Assembly (NCBI GenBank): GCA_963932905.1
Contig: CAWVRN010000013.1
Location: forward strand, 32,001-96,000
Reading direction: 5' to 3'
From: an uncultured Bdellovibrio sp.
GTDB lineage: Bacteria; Bdellovibrionota; Bdellovibrionia; Bdellovibrionales; Bdellovibrionaceae
DNA length: 64,000 nucleotides
This document shows, one piece after another, positions 1-9,936 of the stretch (position 1 is the first letter of the stretch; each line of letters starts with the position of its first letter). The notes beneath the pieces were generated by a model. The model was not told the origin of the DNA and searched no databases. It was given only the letters and a program-made list of their open reading frames with translations. A program made the position numbers and the translations under genes.

Positions 1-1187
1 TGTATTTAAATTCGTATCGTTATCGTCAGATGTATGGTGATTTTATTATTCAAAATCCGCTACTGCGAGCCAAAGAAGGTAAAGAAAATCCTTACAATTA
101 TTCCCTAACGCCAAAGCAACAAGAAATGGTCGATTCATTTATGAAATCTAGGTCACACGACGTTGTGGCTTCCGTGAAAAACCTAGAATTCGTGGGAACA
201 ATCAGTAACGGCCGCGTTTCCACAATATTTATTGCGCGCGCATTTCAACAGCAAGAAGGATTGAAACTGCGACGTCAACTTTGGTCTTGGAATGCTTTGT
301 ACGGAACACCTTTGCATTTGGGCGATCCTGGAAACAAAGTTCTTCTTGGGCAAGCACTAGCTCGCACATTAGGGTGCCGTCCTAAAGAAAGACAAAAAGT
401 TTTAACGCCAGCGGGTGGATTCAAACAAGGTTATCGTGAATTTAGCTGCGACATCGACGATATTATGCTTTCAGTTACAACAGCCACTGGCCAAGTGAAT
501 TCAATGGATTTTAAAGTATCGGGAATTACGGACGCCGGTTACCGCGATGTGGACGCGCGATTTGTGATGGCCGATTTCAACGACGCTCAAACGCTGATGC
601 ATACGGATCGTGTGGGTTATTACACCGTGTTGCTTGAAAACGATGTTTCACGAAGTCAGTTTCTTCGTGACTTTGAAGCCGCTGTCACTATGACAGATCA
701 CTCTATTAAAATTCAACGCTGGCAAGACCATCCCGTCGGCGACTTGTATAACAAAACAATGACCCTACTAGGAATTTTTCGTAATTTTGTAATTATTGTT
801 TTGGTTGCGATTTCTGGTTTATCCATCGCCACCACATTTTCTAAAAACGTAAAAGAACGGACCCGTGAAATCGGTTTACTATTAAGCCTTGGATTTTATC
901 GCCGTAAAGTTTTAGGCATTTTCCTTTATGAAAGTATTATTTTAAGTCTAGTGGGAATCGCGTTTGGTTTTGTCGGTGGCATTCTATTTTCACTTATTCT
1001 AAATGCTAGCCACATCTACTACAAAGCGGGATTACTTTCAGAGCCTGTCGTGTTTTACGTTATTCCAAATTGGTCATCATTGGCGTTTGGTGCCATTGGC
1101 TTGGTTATCCTTGCTATCGTTGCGTGCTACTTTAGCACACGATCAACTCTGAAAAAAAGTGTGGTGGAATGTCTTCAGCATTCTTAA
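1..1187 (+). CDS. ABC transporter permease, FtsX/LolE/MacB family (probably 5'-truncated by the window edge)
   Basis: C-terminal ERTREIGLLLSLGF...FLYES motif followed by TM helices; the frame is open from position 3 to the ORF-track ATG at 30. Confidence 0.85.
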   Translation, partial: YLNSYRYRQMYGDFIIQNPLLRAKEGKENPYNYSLTPKQQEMVDSFMKSRSHDVVASVKNLEFVGTISNGRVSTIFIARAFQQQEGLKLRRQLWSWNALYGTPLHLGDPGNKVLLGQALARTLGCRPKERQKVLTPAGGFKQGYREFSCDIDDIMLSVTTATGQVNSMDFKVSGITDAGYRDVDARFVMADFNDAQTLMHTDRVGYYTVLLENDVSRSQFLRDFEAAVTMTDHSIKIQRWQDHPVGDLYNKTMTLLGIFRNFVIIVLVAISGLSIATTFSKNVKERTREIGLLLSLGFYRRKVLGIFLYESIILSLVGIAFGFVGGILFSLILNASHIYYKAGLLSEPVVFYVIPNWSSLAFGAIGLVILAIVACYFSTRSTLKKSVVECLQHS

Positions 1188-2443
1188 CACACTTTTTTAC
1201 AGTTTTGATCACTTTGGTTTTCGGCTTTTTGCAGAATGCCTGGGGAAAGTTTGATTTTCGTTCTGAAAATTATTTTTCAGGTCGTCGTTATTCGTTAGAA
1301 TCCGTTCGGTTTGATCCCACTAATCGCATATTTAATCGTCCAGACTATCTTGGCAGCGTGGATATCAGACCAGAATTCAAACTGACAATTGAGATTCAAA
1401 AATTTATTCTGCGCCCCCGTTGGACGTACACGCACGAAAGCATTCATTACTCTGATACTAATACCGACCGGTCCATTAGTTCTGGGAAAATAGATTTGTC
1501 TGACGCCTATCTAGAATCTATTTGGTCCGAGGAAGTGCGCACGACTATTGGCCTTCAGGTCTATCAATGGGGACCCGCAGAATTTCTAAATGCCTCGAAT
1601 CCCATTTTCCATTTAAATACGCAGCAACGAAGCACCTTGTTTAAAGAAAAGGGCAAAGTACTACTTCGAATCAATATGGACTATAGCAAAAACTGGAATC
1701 AAGTATTCCTTTATGAACCCATCAGCAATGCTGAACGCCCTTGGATAGCCGATGAGACCTTTCAACCAAAAACCTTGGTAAAAACCGAATGGATCGGCGA
1801 ATCTGGAATCGATTCCTTCGGGTTTGTATTTGGTAAAGAAGAACGCGGCCAAGGTTTTTTTGGTGAGTACTTCAATTTTTCGCCGACAGAAGGATTTTCT
1901 TTTTATCTGGATTCAAAACATACCGAAACATCACCGGCATACTATCCCGATGCCAACGCTTATGGAACCGAGAGCCTAGTGTATAATAATAGAGTTCGCG
2001 GTGGCTGGGCAAGTTTCGGTGTCGCCGGTCTACGCAAAGAATGGAGCCATCTAGATTTTCGAGCAGAATATATCTACAATACGGGCGGCTGGACCACGGA
2101 ACAATTCCAAGATGCTAAAGTTATTCTGACTCAAAAAAATCCAGACACACCAAGCAACTATGCTCGATTTGCTAGCCCGGGCCTTGAGTTAATTGGACGT
2201 GGCTATGGTTATCTATCCATGCGGTTTTTCAATATTGGAAAGAAAGACAATCACAGCATTGCGTTTCGGTACTTGCTTTCGCAAGCCGACTCTTCGAGTA
2301 ATTTGACGATTACCTATGATTGGGATTTCAATAATTTCATCAATATATTTGCTGAATTCGCAGGTTCATTTGGGTCACAAGAAAGCGAACTTAATTTGTT
2401 ACAACAACAGTCTATGATGATCGGTTTTCGCTGGAGTTTGTAA
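1169..2443 (+). CDS. Putative outer-membrane beta-barrel protein associated with the ABC transporter
   Basis: Signal peptide, aromatic-rich amphipathic strands, C-terminal GFRWSL; overlaps the permease stop. Confidence 0.6.
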   Translation: MSSAFLTHFFTVLITLVFGFLQNAWGKFDFRSENYFSGRRYSLESVRFDPTNRIFNRPDYLGSVDIRPEFKLTIEIQKFILRPRWTYTHESIHYSDTNTDRSISSGKIDLSDAYLESIWSEEVRTTIGLQVYQWGPAEFLNASNPIFHLNTQQRSTLFKEKGKVLLRINMDYSKNWNQVFLYEPISNAERPWIADETFQPKTLVKTEWIGESGIDSFGFVFGKEERGQGFFGEYFNFSPTEGFSFYLDSKHTETSPAYYPDANAYGTESLVYNNRVRGGWASFGVAGLRKEWSHLDFRAEYIYNTGGWTTEQFQDAKVILTQKNPDTPSNYARFASPGLELIGRGYGYLSMRFFNIGKKDNHSIAFRYLLSQADSSSNLTITYDWDFNNFINIFAEFAGSFGSQESELNLLQQQSMMIGFRWSL

Positions 2444-2525
2444 CTAAAGTCTAGGTATTTTATAAACGAAAAACCAATCATCTCCTAACACCACACTAAC
2501 AAATTTTGAGCTAACATAGTTACAA

Positions 2526-3428
2526 ATGTTAAACACTATCGCGCTTGAAACATGGAAACGGGCTTCACAGAATCTGATCTCGCTCTATCAGCTTCGCTTG
2601 AATAGAGTTCTTAGCCAAAACGCGAAGCATTTAGTTTTTGCGAAGAGTGATCGCTATGAAATAGAAACTATTCAACGGTCGACCGATTTCTACGCCGCTC
2701 TGAAACTACGGCGCTCAATTGAAAAATCAAATCATAGTTTACGAGTCGGCTTATCGGACTTCGCTTTAACAGACGATTTTGATATCCAAGCCGATCACGT
2801 CATGATTCGCGATACAAAGACAGGAACTCTAGTTGGCGGATTTAGATTGCTTTCTTCGCACCATACACAAAGTTTTTCGAATGAAATAGTTTTTAATATC
2901 GATAGTATCAAAAACCAATCAGTGGCAATTTTAGAACTCAGCCGTTTGTTTTTACTTCCGGAACACAATCACAAAGGCATGATGGCCATTGCAGCTCGCT
3001 TTCTATCTCAGTACAGCCTTCTAGCTCAAACTGATGTTATCATCAGCAATCAAAGTATTAATTCGGGCGCCAGTCGTAGTGCTGCGTTGGTAAATCAATA
3101 TTTCAATTCAATCGGTTTGCATAATTCATTTTTTAAATGTCAGGTTCAAAATCACTTTCAAATTCCAAATTATCAGCATTGGACTAACTATTTCAAAAGT
3201 GGATTGAATGATGGTGAGCTTTGTGAAAGCGCAGCTCTGTTGCCGACTGTCTTCCGCGATAGTTTGAATATTGGTGCTACGATTGCCGCCCCTCCCGGCT
3301 TTGATCGAACTACAAATCGTATAGATTTCTTGACGATTTTACATAAAGAAGATTTAAATAGATCACTGTGGAAGCAATCATCACCCCTTTCCGAGTTATC
3401 TATCGCGTTTTCCTATTCCTCGCAGTAG
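2526..3428 (+). CDS. GNAT-family N-acyltransferase (OlsB-like)
   Basis: DDFDIQADHVMI...VGGFRLL...LELSR pattern; coupled to an acyltransferase. Confidence 0.65.
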   Translation: MLNTIALETWKRASQNLISLYQLRLNRVLSQNAKHLVFAKSDRYEIETIQRSTDFYAALKLRRSIEKSNHSLRVGLSDFALTDDFDIQADHVMIRDTKTGTLVGGFRLLSSHHTQSFSNEIVFNIDSIKNQSVAILELSRLFLLPEHNHKGMMAIAARFLSQYSLLAQTDVIISNQSINSGASRSAALVNQYFNSIGLHNSFFKCQVQNHFQIPNYQHWTNYFKSGLNDGELCESAALLPTVFRDSLNIGATIAAPPGFDRTTNRIDFLTILHKEDLNRSLWKQSSPLSELSIAFSYSSQ

Positions 3429-4156
3429 CGACGGTTTATTTCATTTCTGCATTTTATGTTCACTTGACAGTCAAAGGCGTGAATTCTCGTCGTCGTGCCT
3501 TTTCTGAAAATGCAGCTAAGTATACGAAACTGATTTGTCAGTTATATAATATTAAAATAGAGCTTCATAATTTTCCAAAAGGTAATGACCCTGGCCTAAT
3601 TGTAGGCAACCATTTAGGCTTTATCGATATTTTAGTTATGCATTCCTTAACCAAAGCACTATTTATTACTTCAGAAGAAATGCGCAAAACACCGTTGTTA
3701 GGCATCATCACTGAAATGGCTGGTTGCATGTATGTAGATCGCAAAAATCGATCTAACATCAAAGGCGAATTAGGCAGTATCGTCAGTACGCTAAAAGATG
3801 GTTTTCGCGTCACATTATATCCAGAAGCCACATCCCATAACGGCGAAGAAGTTCTGCCATTTAAGCGCACACTAATTAGCGCCGCGGCTCAGGCTGGCAC
3901 GGCGATATTTCCTTACTGCTTCAATTTTAAGTCGATAAACGGCGGTCCGTTCAACATGAAATATCGCGACTATGTTTGTTGGTATGGTGATATAACGTTT
4001 TTTACCTCGTTCATTCGATCATGTGCCCTAAAAGAAGTAGTTTGCGAGGTCATCTTTCTGGAACCTTACTACCCTAAACCAGATCAAGATCGCGGCGAAG
4101 TCGCCGACGAAATTCGCCGACGTATCGTTGAAAAATTTAAACCGGTACAAAAGTAA
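3368..4156 (+). CDS. Lysophospholipid acyltransferase (PlsC/OlsA-like)
   Basis: NHLGFID (HX4D) and YPEAT (FPEGT-like) motifs. Confidence 0.85.
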   Translation: MEAIITPFRVIYRVFLFLAVATVYFISAFYVHLTVKGVNSRRRAFSENAAKYTKLICQLYNIKIELHNFPKGNDPGLIVGNHLGFIDILVMHSLTKALFITSEEMRKTPLLGIITEMAGCMYVDRKNRSNIKGELGSIVSTLKDGFRVTLYPEATSHNGEEVLPFKRTLISAAAQAGTAIFPYCFNFKSINGGPFNMKYRDYVCWYGDITFFTSFIRSCALKEVVCEVIFLEPYYPKPDQDRGEVADEIRRRIVEKFKPVQK

Positions 4157-5137
4157 TTAAACTTTCTGAACTGTTTGGAAAATGCGCCCGAAGAGATTTT
4201 CGCCTTTTTCGTTCTTCATTAGAATTTCAATCGTATCGCCGACTTTCATAAACGGAGTTTCGGCTTTTTCTTTTTCAATCACTTCGATCGTCCGTTTTTC
4301 AACAAGGCAGCTAGAACCTTTCGTGTGGTCTTCGTTGGATACGGTGCCGCTGCCAATCAGGCTACCTGCAGCCAAGGGACGTGTTTTCGCAGCGTGTGCG
4401 ATCAGCTGACCAAAATGGAAATACATTTCACCGGCATTGGCATTACCAAAAAACTGACCATTTAAATTTACCGTCAATGGCAAATGCAAACGCCCCTCTT
4501 TCCAGGCTGATCCAAATTCGTCCACTGTTAAAGCTAACGGCGACAGCGCGGAGTTTGGTTTACTTTGAAAGAATCCAAATCCAGAAGCCAATTCTTCGGG
4601 AATCAACCCGCGCAAAGACACGTCATTGATTAAAACAACAAGCTTGATATGTTTTAAAGCGGCTTCCGCAGTCACACCAATTGGTACGTCATCAACTATC
4701 ACGCCCACTTCACCTTCGAAATCAGTTCCGTGCGAAAAGTCTACTTGAGGAATCGCTTCCGTGGGCGCAAGAAATCTTCCGGCTTCCCCTTGATACATCA
4801 ACGGAACCGTTTGCAATGTTTCCGGCAATGGCGCTTTCCGTGCCTTACGAACCAGTTTTACGTGATAGATAAATGAAGATCCATCTGCAAACAACCATGT
4901 TCGCGGCAAAGCCGCAGCCATTGTGGATTCTGAGTACGGCTTGATATCTTTAGCCACACCGTCAATTAATTCTTGATAACGGGTTTCTAATTTTGGCTCG
5001 ACTTGATTCCAATTTTCAACGGCACTTAAAAGCGATGGAGCAATGTCACTCGCATCGACATAATTTTTAAGATCCTTAGAAACAAGGACCAAACGACCAT
5101 CTTTATTTTTTGAATCTTTTAATGAGCCTAGTTTCAC
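4157..5137 (-). CDS. Fumarylacetoacetate hydrolase family protein
   Basis: DFEGEVGV, INDVSLR, FQSKP and GSGTVSN motifs. Confidence 0.9.
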   Translation of the reverse strand: MKLGSLKDSKNKDGRLVLVSKDLKNYVDASDIAPSLLSAVENWNQVEPKLETRYQELIDGVAKDIKPYSESTMAAALPRTWLFADGSSFIYHVKLVRKARKAPLPETLQTVPLMYQGEAGRFLAPTEAIPQVDFSHGTDFEGEVGVIVDDVPIGVTAEAALKHIKLVVLINDVSLRGLIPEELASGFGFFQSKPNSALSPLALTVDEFGSAWKEGRLHLPLTVNLNGQFFGNANAGEMYFHFGQLIAHAAKTRPLAAGSLIGSGTVSNEDHTKGSSCLVEKRTIEVIEKEKAETPFMKVGDTIEILMKNEKGENLFGRIFQTVQKV

Positions 5138-5139
5138 AA

Positions 5140-5691
5140 TTAATCCATTGTGAAAAGTAAGTTCGCGCCTACTGAACGATACGATTTCAAACCTTCAGCC
5201 ACATCGCCGAATTGTTCAAAGTACAGATTTAAACCCATTTCAGGCATAAATTTGAAAGTAACACCGAATTGAAACGGAACAACCATGGACTTCACATCTT
5301 GCAATTTAATAACGTTTGTATTGCTAGATGTTTTATCTAAATTAACAGACAAAGCCACACCGGCATAGGCTCCCATCCACTCTTCAAACTTCAGCATCAA
5401 GCCAACCGGAACATCAAAGTAAGTCATGTTTACATTTGAAGACTCTTTAGTTAAATCGCTCGTTACTTGCAAAGGACGTTGTGTGTACATTACACCGGAT
5501 CTAAAAGCCAATTTTTCTGAAATATCCATGTAACCAACGGCACCGAAGGTGTAACCAACTTGTGATGATGTTGAAAAACCCGTCGCTACATCACCTGACT
5601 GCTGACGGAATCCGCCTTCAACCCCAAAACCAATAGCCATCGAGTAAACAGAAATTAAAGACGTTAATGCAAAAACTTTTAGAAAATTCAT
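5140..5691 (-). CDS. Small outer-membrane beta-barrel protein
   Basis: Signal peptide and alternating beta-strand pattern (YFDVPVGLM, VPFQFGVTF). Confidence 0.65.
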   Translation of the reverse strand: MNFLKVFALTSLISVYSMAIGFGVEGGFRQQSGDVATGFSTSSQVGYTFGAVGYMDISEKLAFRSGVMYTQRPLQVTSDLTKESSNVNMTYFDVPVGLMLKFEEWMGAYAGVALSVNLDKTSSNTNVIKLQDVKSMVVPFQFGVTFKFMPEMGLNLYFEQFGDVAEGLKSYRSVGANLLFTMD

Positions 5692-5740
5692 GAGACACCT
5701 CTTTTGGGTTCATCCTAACGAATCACCCAAGGACCGTCTA

Positions 5741-6442
5741 TCAATTTCTGACTTTGTCGATCAGCCACAGCGGGTTATTGGAGAGGGTATTTATCAGTGG
5801 ATTCTTATGCCAAACCGAGTCTTCATAACGCAGATGGTGCTCACCGACTTTGCCTCGCGCCATAAGGGCAAGTAGCACAAAAAACAACACTTCCCGCTTA
5901 GGGTTTAATTTGTCAGAAAAATATTTCCATTGCGAAACAAGACTGAACAAAATGAGTAGCATAATTAAACTGCTGACGATTTGTAGAGGATGAAGAGTCG
6001 ATTGATAATCTAAATCCCAATAACAAACCCGACAGTCCAAGAAAAACAAACTGCGGTAGTCGGGCCAGTGCATCCAATAAGGAATATCAAACGGAGCATT
6101 CTTAGCTAAAAAGGGAATATTCAAATGCAATACCACAAAAATAGCAACCAGCACAAAAGCTTTATAAAGCTGAATGATGACCGAACAAATAGTGCGTAGT
6201 CTCTGATTGTAGGAAACTAGATACAATAAAAACACAGGAATCAAAAGAAATCCAATAACGCATAAATCAAATCGCAAGCCCCAAAACAACATCCGCAAAA
6301 AATCCCAAATAACAAACTCATTCGCGGCGAAAAAATAATTAAAATAAAAATAAAGTCGAATCACCAAAAATGGAATAAGAAATAGAAGAAAGAAAAATAC
6401 GGAATTTAGAAAGAAATTAGCTGGGTTCAATTTTGTTTGCAT
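5741..6442 (-). CDS. Membrane protein resembling the N-terminal TM part of LTA synthase/sulfatase-family proteins
   Basis: Multiple TM helices with WGLRFDL and late MARG motifs; no soluble sulfatase domain. Confidence 0.45.
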   Translation of the reverse strand: MQTKLNPANFFLNSVFFFLLFLIPFLVIRLYFYFNYFFAANEFVIWDFLRMLFWGLRFDLCVIGFLLIPVFLLYLVSYNQRLRTICSVIIQLYKAFVLVAIFVVLHLNIPFLAKNAPFDIPYWMHWPDYRSLFFLDCRVCYWDLDYQSTLHPLQIVSSLIMLLILFSLVSQWKYFSDKLNPKREVLFFVLLALMARGKVGEHHLRYEDSVWHKNPLINTLSNNPLWLIDKVRN

Positions 6443-6549
6443 ATAATAGAAATCGTTTTCATTGGACTCTTACCAGGCAAGGCTGTCAATAACTTACTTG
6501 ATTTATAGGGGTTTCCAGTTCTATTCTGCCTATCAAGGAGAACTCGACT

Positions 6550-7215
6550 ATGTCACAAGTTACACTTTACAATTATTTTCGAAGTTCAACTTCATACCGC
6601 GTTCGAATCGCTTTAAATTTAAAAAATATTGAATACAAATATTCTCCGGTTCACCTATTAAATAACGGCGGCGAACAATACAGCCAATCCTACAAAGCTA
6701 TCAATCCTATGTCGGAAGTTCCTACGCTTGAACACGATGGTTTAGTGGTCGGACAATCGATGGCGATTATTGAATATCTTGAAGAGCAATTTCCTAATCC
6801 AAGTTTGTTTCCCAGGGATTCTCAAAAACGCGCCAAGATTCGTCAATTCTGCGAAAATATAAATTCATTCATGCATCCACTTTCAAATTTGAAAGTTCTA
6901 AAATATTTAGAAGAAAACAACGGCTACGATCAAAGGCAAAAAGAAATTTGGATTAATCATTGGTATCAAAAGGGATTGACCGCTCTAGAAGCCTGGCTAC
7001 AAAAAAATATGGGCCAATACTCTTTTGCAGATCAAGTGACAGTCGCAGATTGTTTTTTAGTTCCGATGGTTTTTACGGCTGAACGCTTTAATGTCGACTT
7101 AAGTCCATATAAAAATGTTATGCTGGTGAATTCACACTGCCTTCAATTAGATGCATTTAAATCGGCGCATCCATTTAGACAGATAGATACACCCGCAGAA
7201 GTTAGAATTCCTTAG
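6550..7215 (+). CDS. maiA: Maleylacetoacetate isomerase (GST zeta)
   Basis: YFRSSTSYRVRIALNLK, VPTL and QSMAIIEYLEE motifs; AAGGAG RBS; FAH gene nearby. Confidence 0.92.
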   Translation: MSQVTLYNYFRSSTSYRVRIALNLKNIEYKYSPVHLLNNGGEQYSQSYKAINPMSEVPTLEHDGLVVGQSMAIIEYLEEQFPNPSLFPRDSQKRAKIRQFCENINSFMHPLSNLKVLKYLEENNGYDQRQKEIWINHWYQKGLTALEAWLQKNMGQYSFADQVTVADCFLVPMVFTAERFNVDLSPYKNVMLVNSHCLQLDAFKSAHPFRQIDTPAEVRIP

Positions 7216-7319
7216 CAGTTACACTACATAAAAAACGCGCGACCATCGTCGCACTTTTTCACTATCTATTTACCCTGAAAAACAGTGGCGTAGACTATGA
7301 GAATGAAAAAGGAGCTACT

Positions 7320-8324
7320 ATGAAATGGAAATTATTGATCATAGCTACATTAACTGTGGCCCTCTCATTCTCTTGCAAAAAGAAAGACGAAGAAGAAGCC
7401 GAAGACACTGACAACACAGCTTATATCATGACTGAATCGATGTCAGAAGCCAGTGGGCAAGCTAGTGCTTCAGAAGGTGGGACAGCAGCTGTTGGCGCTA
7501 GTTTTACCAGCGGACAACTAGATATTTTAGAGGAAGAAGTTCAGTTCGCTAAAAGTCAAGTGACACAAGCTAGCGGCGAAGTGAATCAAGCAGCGAATGA
7601 ATGTAAATATTCGTCTGTTAGAACGTGCTCGGCAACCGTCGGCACAATAGCGTGGAATAGTTGCAATATTTCTGGTCCTCGAATTACGACGACAATGACT
7701 GGTGGCTGGACAGAAACATGGTCAAACAGCGGAGACTGCTCTCTTGGTTATTTATCACAAGATCATACTGTAAGTCGCTCCTCTACCGGATCCACAATTA
7801 GTCTTCCAGCCGGCGGCAATATTACGACAGATACCAAAGGTGGAACCGCTTACGACGGAACAGTCTTCGTATCGGGTGCCATTCTAACAACGCGATCAAA
7901 CACAACAAATCGCGCCATAGGGATGTCTCCCACAAATTCAGCCATTCACAAAGTTTATTCTGGCCGCCGAGGCGCGACCATTTTTGACTACTATGTACAA
8001 CCGACCCTAACAATAACTGGCGCTAAATCAAACGGCGCCACCAGCGGACTAGGCACATCATCAGCCAACCGCGCTGTTTCTGGAACAGTGACGTTGTATC
8101 ACAATTTAGCCAAGTACACGGCAACAAACACATTTAATGCCGTTACATGGTCAAACAGTGCATGTTGCTTCCCAGTATCAGGATCAATCACCACAACATT
8201 CTCTGGTTCTGGCGCGCCCACTGGCCCAATAACATTAACATTCACATCAAGCTGTGGTTCAGCAACGTTAACAACGCCATCAGATACTGCGGGTAGCACT
8301 GTTGAACTGAACAACTGCCAGTAA
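7320..8324 (+). CDS. Ser/Thr/Gly-rich lipoprotein of unknown function
   Basis: Lipobox LSFSC followed by KKKDEEE; AAGGAG RBS; several Cys. Confidence 0.7.
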   Translation: MKWKLLIIATLTVALSFSCKKKDEEEAEDTDNTAYIMTESMSEASGQASASEGGTAAVGASFTSGQLDILEEEVQFAKSQVTQASGEVNQAANECKYSSVRTCSATVGTIAWNSCNISGPRITTTMTGGWTETWSNSGDCSLGYLSQDHTVSRSSTGSTISLPAGGNITTDTKGGTAYDGTVFVSGAILTTRSNTTNRAIGMSPTNSAIHKVYSGRRGATIFDYYVQPTLTITGAKSNGATSGLGTSSANRAVSGTVTLYHNLAKYTATNTFNAVTWSNSACCFPVSGSITTTFSGSGAPTGPITLTFTSSCGSATLTTPSDTAGSTVELNNCQ

Positions 8325-8347
8325 AATAAATTTAGATTTATAATCAT

Positions 8348-8378
8348 AAAGGCAAGGCGAACACCCTTGCCTTTTTTT
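8348..8378 (+). terminator. Rho-independent terminator
   Basis: aaaggcaagg-cgaacac-ccttgccttt hairpin with T-tract, just after the lipoprotein stop. Confidence 0.75.
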
Positions 8379-8443
8379 CCAAAAACGCAACCAGGCCTAG
8401 AACGACAAGTATCACCAAATAAAAATGGCTGCGGCTTGGGTAA

Positions 8444-8678
8444 TTTTTGTAAGTGATGATCCTTCTTTCTTCTTAAGCGCAAATCAAGCTCGGTCTTCCA
8501 TTGAAGAGAATATTTTTAAAAGACATGAAAAAAATGAGTTCCGCAGACAGGCGTTCAGCGCCGGCGAGGACTGCCGAGGCTTTTTTTATGTCTTTTAAAA
8601 ATATTCTCTTCAATGGAAGTCCCCGCTCGAACCCCTAAACGAAGCTTAAGAAGAAAGAAGGATCATCACTTACAAAAA
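8444..8678. repeat. Nested perfect inverted repeat (35-bp outer arms, 32-bp inner arms)
   Basis: 8444-8478 is the exact reverse complement of 8644-8678; 8495-8526 is the exact reverse complement of 8588-8619. Confidence 0.95.
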
Positions 8679-8688
8679 CGGGGGATTT

Positions 8689-9564
8689 TTAATTCGTATC
8701 GGTAAACAAGAAGTTCCACTTATCCAACGCAGGAACAATAAGGTAAATCAAAACACTAACGTTGATCCACATGAAGTACTTCAACCAACCCACTTGGCCT
8801 TTAGATTTAACAAACTTATACGTTTCAAATAAAAGTTTCGCCGAAGTTGGAATCACGAACAAAAGATAAAGCCATGAGGCCTTGTAAAAGGCCGGCGATA
8901 AAATCGCACAACCCACATACGCAAATGTGTACAAAGCCATTTGATACAAAGTACGCTCAAGCCCCAACGCTACTGGCAGAGTAGGGATTCCACCCTCGCG
9001 GTAATCATCTTTATAACGAATCGCTAGCGCCCAGAAGTGCGGCATCTGCCAAAGGAATAAAATCAAAAATAGGTAAATAGATTCCGGAGAAAGAAAATTA
9101 GAATTCACCGCCGTATAACCAATCGTCACCGGCAACGCGCCCGGAATAGCACCCGGAACCGCGGCGTAAATCCATTTAGGCTTCCACCAATAAGTGTAAA
9201 CGACATTGTACAGAACAACAGTCGCCAATCCAAAAACCAAAGCCAATGGCGAAACTAGATACAATAAATAGCATCCACCAAATAGAAATGAACACGCCAG
9301 AACCAAACCTGCCATCGGTGTGATTTGTCCCGCAGCAATTGGGCGCTTTGATGTTCTAGGCATCTGTGCATCTAATTTATATTCTTGAACTTGGTTCAGA
9401 GCCAGGCTGCCTGAACTTAAAAGAAATGTTCCACCGATTAATTTTAGAAAATGAATCGCATCAAAAACTCTTTCAGATTCAAAGCCGAGTGCGTACCCAG
9501 CAATAGCAGCTAGGACAACAAAGATCGTGATTCCTAGCTTGGTTAAATCAGAAAAGAGTTTCAC
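8689..9564 (-). CDS. ctaB: Protoheme IX farnesyltransferase (heme O synthase)
   Basis: DAQMPRTSKRP and LWQMPHFWALA motifs; last gene of the oxidase operon. Confidence 0.93.
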   Translation of the reverse strand: MKLFSDLTKLGITIFVVLAAIAGYALGFESERVFDAIHFLKLIGGTFLLSSGSLALNQVQEYKLDAQMPRTSKRPIAAGQITPMAGLVLACSFLFGGCYLLYLVSPLALVFGLATVVLYNVVYTYWWKPKWIYAAVPGAIPGALPVTIGYTAVNSNFLSPESIYLFLILFLWQMPHFWALAIRYKDDYREGGIPTLPVALGLERTLYQMALYTFAYVGCAILSPAFYKASWLYLLFVIPTSAKLLFETYKFVKSKGQVGWLKYFMWINVSVLIYLIVPALDKWNFLFTDTN

Positions 9565-9576
9565 TGGTTATAGACT

Positions 9577-9921
9577 TTACAGTGTGCTTGTTTCAGCAAC
9601 ACGTGTGTAGATATCTAGGACGCAAATGATGAATAACAAGGCCAAGAAGAAAAACCCCGTCGCAAAGATGGCGCGATTATCTGGCTTGTCATATTTTAGG
9701 CCCATGAAAAACATCAATACTAATGCTGCCTTAAACGCCGCAATTAGAAACGCGACCGGAGCCGCTAATACAGATCCATGCATTACATTGTGAAACAAGT
9801 AATGAAAACCAACAGTTAAAAGCGTGAACACGATCAGTGCCCACATTACCCGCGTGTAGATTTCTTTCGGGATAATGTGATGTGAATGATTTCCACCTGA
9901 ATGATTATTATTTGATCCCAT
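9577..9921 (-). CDS. Cytochrome c oxidase subunit IV family protein
   Basis: Three TM helices with KAALVLMFFMGLKYD motif; operon position. Confidence 0.85.
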   Translation of the reverse strand: MGSNNNHSGGNHSHHIIPKEIYTRVMWALIVFTLLTVGFHYLFHNVMHGSVLAAPVAFLIAAFKAALVLMFFMGLKYDKPDNRAIFATGFFFLALLFIICVLDIYTRVAETSTL

Positions 9922-9936
9922 GATTATCTCCTAAGT

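Noticed and set aside
8099..8482. 127-aa minus-strand ORF
   Set aside because: Antisense to the lipoprotein and running through the terminator and palindrome; probably spurious
8444..8678. CRISPR array or IS element
   Set aside because: The repeats are inverted rather than direct with spacers; no cas or transposase gene nearby
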